Of a stretch of 64,000 nucleotides of DNA, positions 59,389-64,000 are shown one piece after another. Both the position numbers and the translations under genes were made by a program. The stretch is from Vicugna vicugna (Eukaryota). The notes under the pieces are model-generated. The model did not search any database. It saw only the letters and a program-made list of their open reading frames with translations, and was not told the DNA's origin. The stretch is taken from positions 426,678-490,677 of the forward strand of contig MU058531.1 in NCBI GenBank assembly GCA_013265495.1, in the 5' to 3' direction. Position 1 is the first letter of the stretch; every line of letters begins with the position of its first letter.

Positions 59389-60939
59389 CTGTCAAAGAGA
59401 GAAGGAGAAAATAAGCCTCTGTGAATCCTGCACTAAATTTAAATGAAATGTATTTTATAATCATAATAGTATCTATACATAGTTCAACACTTTTAATACA
59501 TCAATGAGTGAGGTAATTATTTCTGGAATAAATATATAGGTATTACTTCTGGAACCTTGGCAAAGTTTCAAGTTTCCCCAGGGATTTGTTGTGCAAAAGT
59601 CAGAAGTCACAGAGAAACCTAAGTAAATTATGCTGTGTAACAAATCTGCTGAGGGCATTGTGTCACCTGGTTTATTATACCATGCAATGCAAGACCCCTT
59701 CAGTGAGACTTTTGGCTTTATTTATGAAAAGCTATTGCTTTTCTTCTTGGCAAGTAGTTTGATTTTATCCTTGGGAAGCAGCGTCATATGATGGACTAGA
59801 AAAATTCACTGTTGAAAAATTTGGAGGCAGATGTGCCACTTTCCTCTGATCAACAAATAGTACTTCATGATAGATATCTTATATCAGCCTCAATTCATTA
59901 CTGTTGTATTCTCTTGCTTTCTCTTTATCATCTTTCTCTAATTTGTTGTCTTTATCTTTTGAAGATATGATACATGTACTGATTTTTGAAAATAGCTGGA
60001 TATCAACAAATGAAATTAAATGGCTACCATCTATAGGCTGGCAAGTTGCATAAGCAAAAGGACAGAGGTACGTATTTGTTGATTCCTTGTGTAAGATCTG
60101 TGGCCATTTGAATGTTGTGTTAAGATTTCTCTGCAAATCTTATAAGCTCCTGCTTCCCTTACAGCATGGGTAGGCGTGCTCCAGCTGGGAAAATCACTGG
60201 AGGGAGAGGCAAGTCTGAGCTTTAATTCTTAGCTTTGGCATTAACTAACAGTATTATCTTGATCAAGGCTTTTGGGCACTGGTGCTTTTATTTTAAATCG
60301 CAAGTGCTGATCAGCTCAGAAATCAGAACTCAGTACTTTTCAGGGGTGCAAAGAACTCTGTAAGACAAAGGTAGATGTGGTTACAGCAGGGACTGGAGAG
60401 CACCTGTCCTACCTGAGGCATCGCTGCCTTTTAAATCCTCTGTGCCAGCTGAGTGGAGGGGGTCAGATTTGCCATCAGGTGTTTTTTTCATTTTATAAGC
60501 CCGGGTCCTGGTGATCCTGCAGGTCCCCGCTGTTCTGACAATCCACGGTGATAACTCCATTGTTCCGCGCCTTCCACCTCTTTCCGACTGGGCAAGTGTG
60601 AACGAAATGACATCCAGAGTGGGAGCTGAAGTGAGGGGGTTGCAGTCAGGGAGACAGGAGAAAGCTGTTAAGAATTCATTGACCGCCTCCAGCAACCGGG
60701 CAGAGCTGCAGCTGTTGGGGGAACAGCTATACCTAACAGGACCCCCCTGACAGGCTGCTGGGAGGATGGGCTATCCTCTCTGAGTTTGACTTTGCACTGA
60801 CCATGACTCTAAGAAGCAGAATCACAAATAGTGACAGGCGATAATAACTCTGTTTCCCTTTCCTCCCTCCCCTGCGCCCCTAGGCATGCAGCCTTCTCTC
60901 TGCTCCTTTTAACAGCTTTCTCATTATATTCTACCCCTC

Positions 60940-61420
60940 ACTCAAGTGCAGTTCAAATGCCAGCTCTTCCTCGAAGCCCTCCTGTGTCTCTTCAGCCGGA
61001 ATTCTCTGTGCTCTAGCTGTGTTTGGTTTGGATTTCTCCCAGGGCAGACTGCATCCTCCCGGGTGCTGGTGTTATTTCACAGTCTGGTTTCCCCTGCTAA
61101 ATCTTACTTGCGAGGAGGGAGCACAACCTTCCTGCTTTTCTCTCTCCCTCCTGGGGCCTAGAACACTGTCTTGTCCAAAGTAGGTGTTCAGGAAAAAAGT
61201 ACCAAAGCCCCGCGTTGAGGCTCCGCAGGCTCGGTCTGGGCTGCTGGATCTATCAGCTGTGTGACTTTGGATGAATTAGCAACCTCTCCAAGCCTCCGTG
61301 TTTGTCATATAATTCTAAACACAAACACACTTAAGTAATAATAAACCTATGCACAGTTCTAAGCATAATAATACCTGGTGCCTGAAAAGATGTTAAGTGC
61401 TAAAAGCAGTGTTGAATTCT
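60940..61420 (+). mobile_element. L2 3' end followed by MIR
   Basis: TCAAATGCCAGCTCTTCCTCGAAGCCCTCC...GCCTAGAACACTGTC..GTAGGTGTTCA; then AGCTGTGTGACTTTGGATGAATTAGCAACCTCTC. Confidence 0.7.
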
Positions 61421-61995
61421 ATGTGCACTGTAGCCGTGTTCCTTTTTTCACTATATGAAGAATGAGTTTATGTGTGTTGATGAAAAATAGGACTTTGCAG
61501 ACAATGGCTTTATGATGGACCAGAAGTATAATGACTGAACTTGGAAAACAGGGATTCTGGATCTTAGATTTGGAGGAACAGGGAGAAAAGGTGACTGATG
61601 TTAGAACTAATTATGAGAAGGCTTGAGGTAAATAGAATAAATTTAAGTAAGATGAGTAGTTGTACTGGCTGTCCAGAATGACAAATTTGTTTAAAAAAAA
61701 AAAAAGAGCGCGTCAGAAGGAAAGATTAGGCAAAAACTTAAGAAAAAATTCAAAGGGAAAATCTTGTGGGCTCTGTCCTAGGACTAGGGTGCATGTGTTG
61801 GGTGGAGAGGGAACACAGAACTACATATGGATACCTGAGGTTAGAACAATTTACTTAGAGGCCCGAGGCTGTGCCTGGGACAGGAGACTAACACCAGGTC
61901 TCACCAGAAAAGGCCAGGCATCCTCAAAGCTCAGGGAAGAGGGATCCTGTCTTCCCTGAGAGTTAGAAAGCCTCAAACTGAAAAGTCCTACTCAC

Positions 61996-62119
61996 CTGTA
62001 AAAACATGCCAAATGCAGTTTGCTGAGAGCTATGGACTGGTAATTTCCTTCTTTTCCTAGAGCTGGGAATTTCAAAGTTCTTTATAATTTTTCCAAGTTG
62101 GTCTTTATTTCTAAAGCAC
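61996..62119 (-). other. Candidate spliced exon
   Basis: Acceptor TTCATTCATTTCACAG|G and donor CAG|GTGAGT; 124 nt. Confidence 0.35.
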
Positions 62120-62511
62120 CTGTGAAATGAATGAACCAATTTGGTAATCATGGAAGGATATGGGAGTGGATGGACTTGCATATGAAACCAAATCATTAGG
62201 AGATTGCTTGCCGAGCATGGGATCAAACTATCCTATTTTATTAATTCTAAGACATGTATTATCACATTCTAGTATCTCAAAACTATGATATATATTAGAC
62301 AACAGTGTCTCATAATCATGTTGGTCAGGCAGTAACTGAGATGTGGCTTGTTGAAATCTGCATATGCAATCAGAAGAGCCAGCATCAAAACGTGCAAAAT
62401 GGGTCAGCACCTTGGGAGAAAAATCTGGAGACAAATGTAAATAACTCTTTTTAAGAAATGTGAATTCCCCAGGACATTGATGGCACAGGGGATGGAAAAG
62501 AACATCAGTGG

Positions 62512-63259
62512 AAATGCTGGAGAGGGTGTGGAGAAAAGGGAACCCTCCCACACTATTGGTGGGAATGTAGTTTGGTGCAGCCATTATGGAAAACAGTATG
62601 GAGATTCCTCAAAAAACTAAAAGTAGACTTACCATATGATCCAGCAATCCCACTCCTGGGCATATATATCCAGAGGGAACCTTAATTCAAAGAGATACAT
62701 GCACCTCAGTGTTCATAGCAGCACTGTTTACAATAGCTAAGACATGGAAGCAACCTAAATGTCCATTGACAGATAACTGGATAAAGAAGTTGTGGTATAT
62801 TTATACAACGGAATACTACTCAGCCATAAAGAAGAATAAAACAGTGCCATTGGCAGCAGCATGGATGGACCTGGAGATCATCATACTAAGTGAAGTAAGT
62901 CAGACTGAGAAAGTAAAGTACTGTATCACTTATATGTGAAATCTTAAAAAAAAAAAGGCACAAATGAACTTATTTACAAAACAGAAACAGTCTCACAGAC
63001 AGAAAATAAACTTATGGTTACCAGTGGGGAAAAGGGGTCGGAAGGGATAAATTAAGAGTTCAAGATTTATATATACTAACTGCTGTATATAAAATAGATA
63101 ACACGGTCCTGTTGTATAGACAGGGAATTATATTCAATATCTTATAGTAATCTATAATAAAAAGAATATGAAAAGGAATATATGTATGTATGATTAAAAC
63201 TATGTTGTACACCAGAAATTGACACAACATTGTAAACTGAAACTATATGTCCATTAAAG
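62512..63259 (+). mobile_element. 5'-truncated L1 3' end
   Basis: Peptide [18 protein letters not shown]...WMDLEIIILSEVSQ. 14-bp TSD AAGA(A/G)CATCAGTGG at 62498-62511 and 63260-63273. Confidence 0.95.
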
Positions 63260-63469
63260 AAGAGCATCAGTGGCCCTTACACAGAAACACAGAAAGTGAT
63301 TAGGAAGAATCAGGATTGCATCATGAAGAGACTTGAAAAATAATTATTTCAGTTACATTTTTCAGTTGATAGGTGTAGAAGATGAAAATGCCTAAATCAG
63401 TTTCTATCAGCTAAGATTCGACAAGAAGCTATTTACACATGAAGTAGGGACGTAGAGGGGTAGTGGGAG

Positions 63470-63775
63470 AGTGCTGTTACCTGGAACTGGTCACAGCACG
63501 GCCTTTGCCACCCCTGGGCCAAAGGGCAGGGGGGGCAAGTAGGAGGCAGAGAGAGCTGTGAGGCAGGCCCTGGGGCGGGGCCTGTAGGGGGAGGAGGGAT
63601 GCAACCAGCGCAAGCAACCCGGCAGGGAGGGAACTGGGGGAACAACTATAACAACAACAACAGTAATAATACTAATATATAATAACCTTTCTCTCCCTCA
63701 TTCTCTCATCTCTTGCAGGGGCTCCCCATTGGTCAGACCCAGCTGGAAGTCAGAGGTAAGAGGATCCATTTATGT
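63470..63775. mobile_element. Ancient ERVL LTR fragment (LTR33/LTR41-like)
   Basis: GCCACCCCTGGGCCAAAGGG and CTCCCCATTGGTCAGACCCAGCTGGAAGTCAGAGGTAAGAGGATCC resemble this family. Confidence 0.5.
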
Positions 63776-63782
63776 AACTTAC

Positions 63783-63990
63783 CAGATCTCAAGCTTTTTG
63801 GTTTCAGAACTCCATTACACTCTTAGCCGTTCTTTGGGGTCCTCAGTACTTTTTGTTTATGGAGCTTGTATCTATTAATATTTACCATATTAGAAAGGAA
63901 ATCTAAGAAACTAAAATAATTATTCAATTAATAATAAACCCATTGCATGTTAATTAAGTTAATGAAAAATAACTACATGTTTCAAAAATA
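63783..63990. mobile_element. hAT-Tip100 (Arthur1-like) DNA transposon end
   Basis: TCTCAAGCTTTTTGGTTTCAGAACTCCATTACACTCTT...TTTGTTTATG...TATTTACCATATTAGAAA. Confidence 0.7.
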
Positions 63991-64000
63991 CTAGGGGGCA

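Noticed and set aside
1..64000. CRISPR arrays, tRNA/rRNA genes, prokaryotic operons, non-retroviral endogenous viral ORFs
   Set aside because: No regularly spaced repeats, cloverleaf or rRNA motifs, or long non-L1 ORFs were seen; the sequence is mammalian repeat-rich DNA.

Overview
Mammalian genomic DNA. It is AT-rich, CpG-depleted and repeat-dense, consistent with intergenic sequence or a deep intron. The youngest L1 3' ends and the L1 5'UTR look camelid-like (Camelus/Vicugna; recognised from memory, unverified), and I saw no Alu, B1/B2, Bov-tA, PRE or Can-SINE copies. I cannot support any protein-coding gene, RNA gene or CRISPR array; the ORF track is mostly L1 fragments or chance ORFs. The window holds: a young CpG-rich L1 5'UTR on the minus strand (1-1345), a near full-length older L1 nested in an L2, many 5'-truncated L1s with readable target-site duplications (TSDs), several solo LTRs (MaLR, ERVL, ERV1 including a MER41-like copy and a young LTR with a perfect 4-bp TSD), and MIR, L2 and hAT relics. 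The best leads are a chain of strong minus-strand splice-site pairs at 52.5-62.1 kb (possible unannotated lncRNA or microprotein gene), an antisense YY1/Kozak ORF in the young L1 5'UTR (possible ORF0 analogue), a perfect 21-bp inverted repeat inside an LTR, a probable L1 3' transduction, an internally deleted L1, and a triple-nested insertion. Repeat family names are by-eye recognitions, and boundaries of old repeats are approximate.
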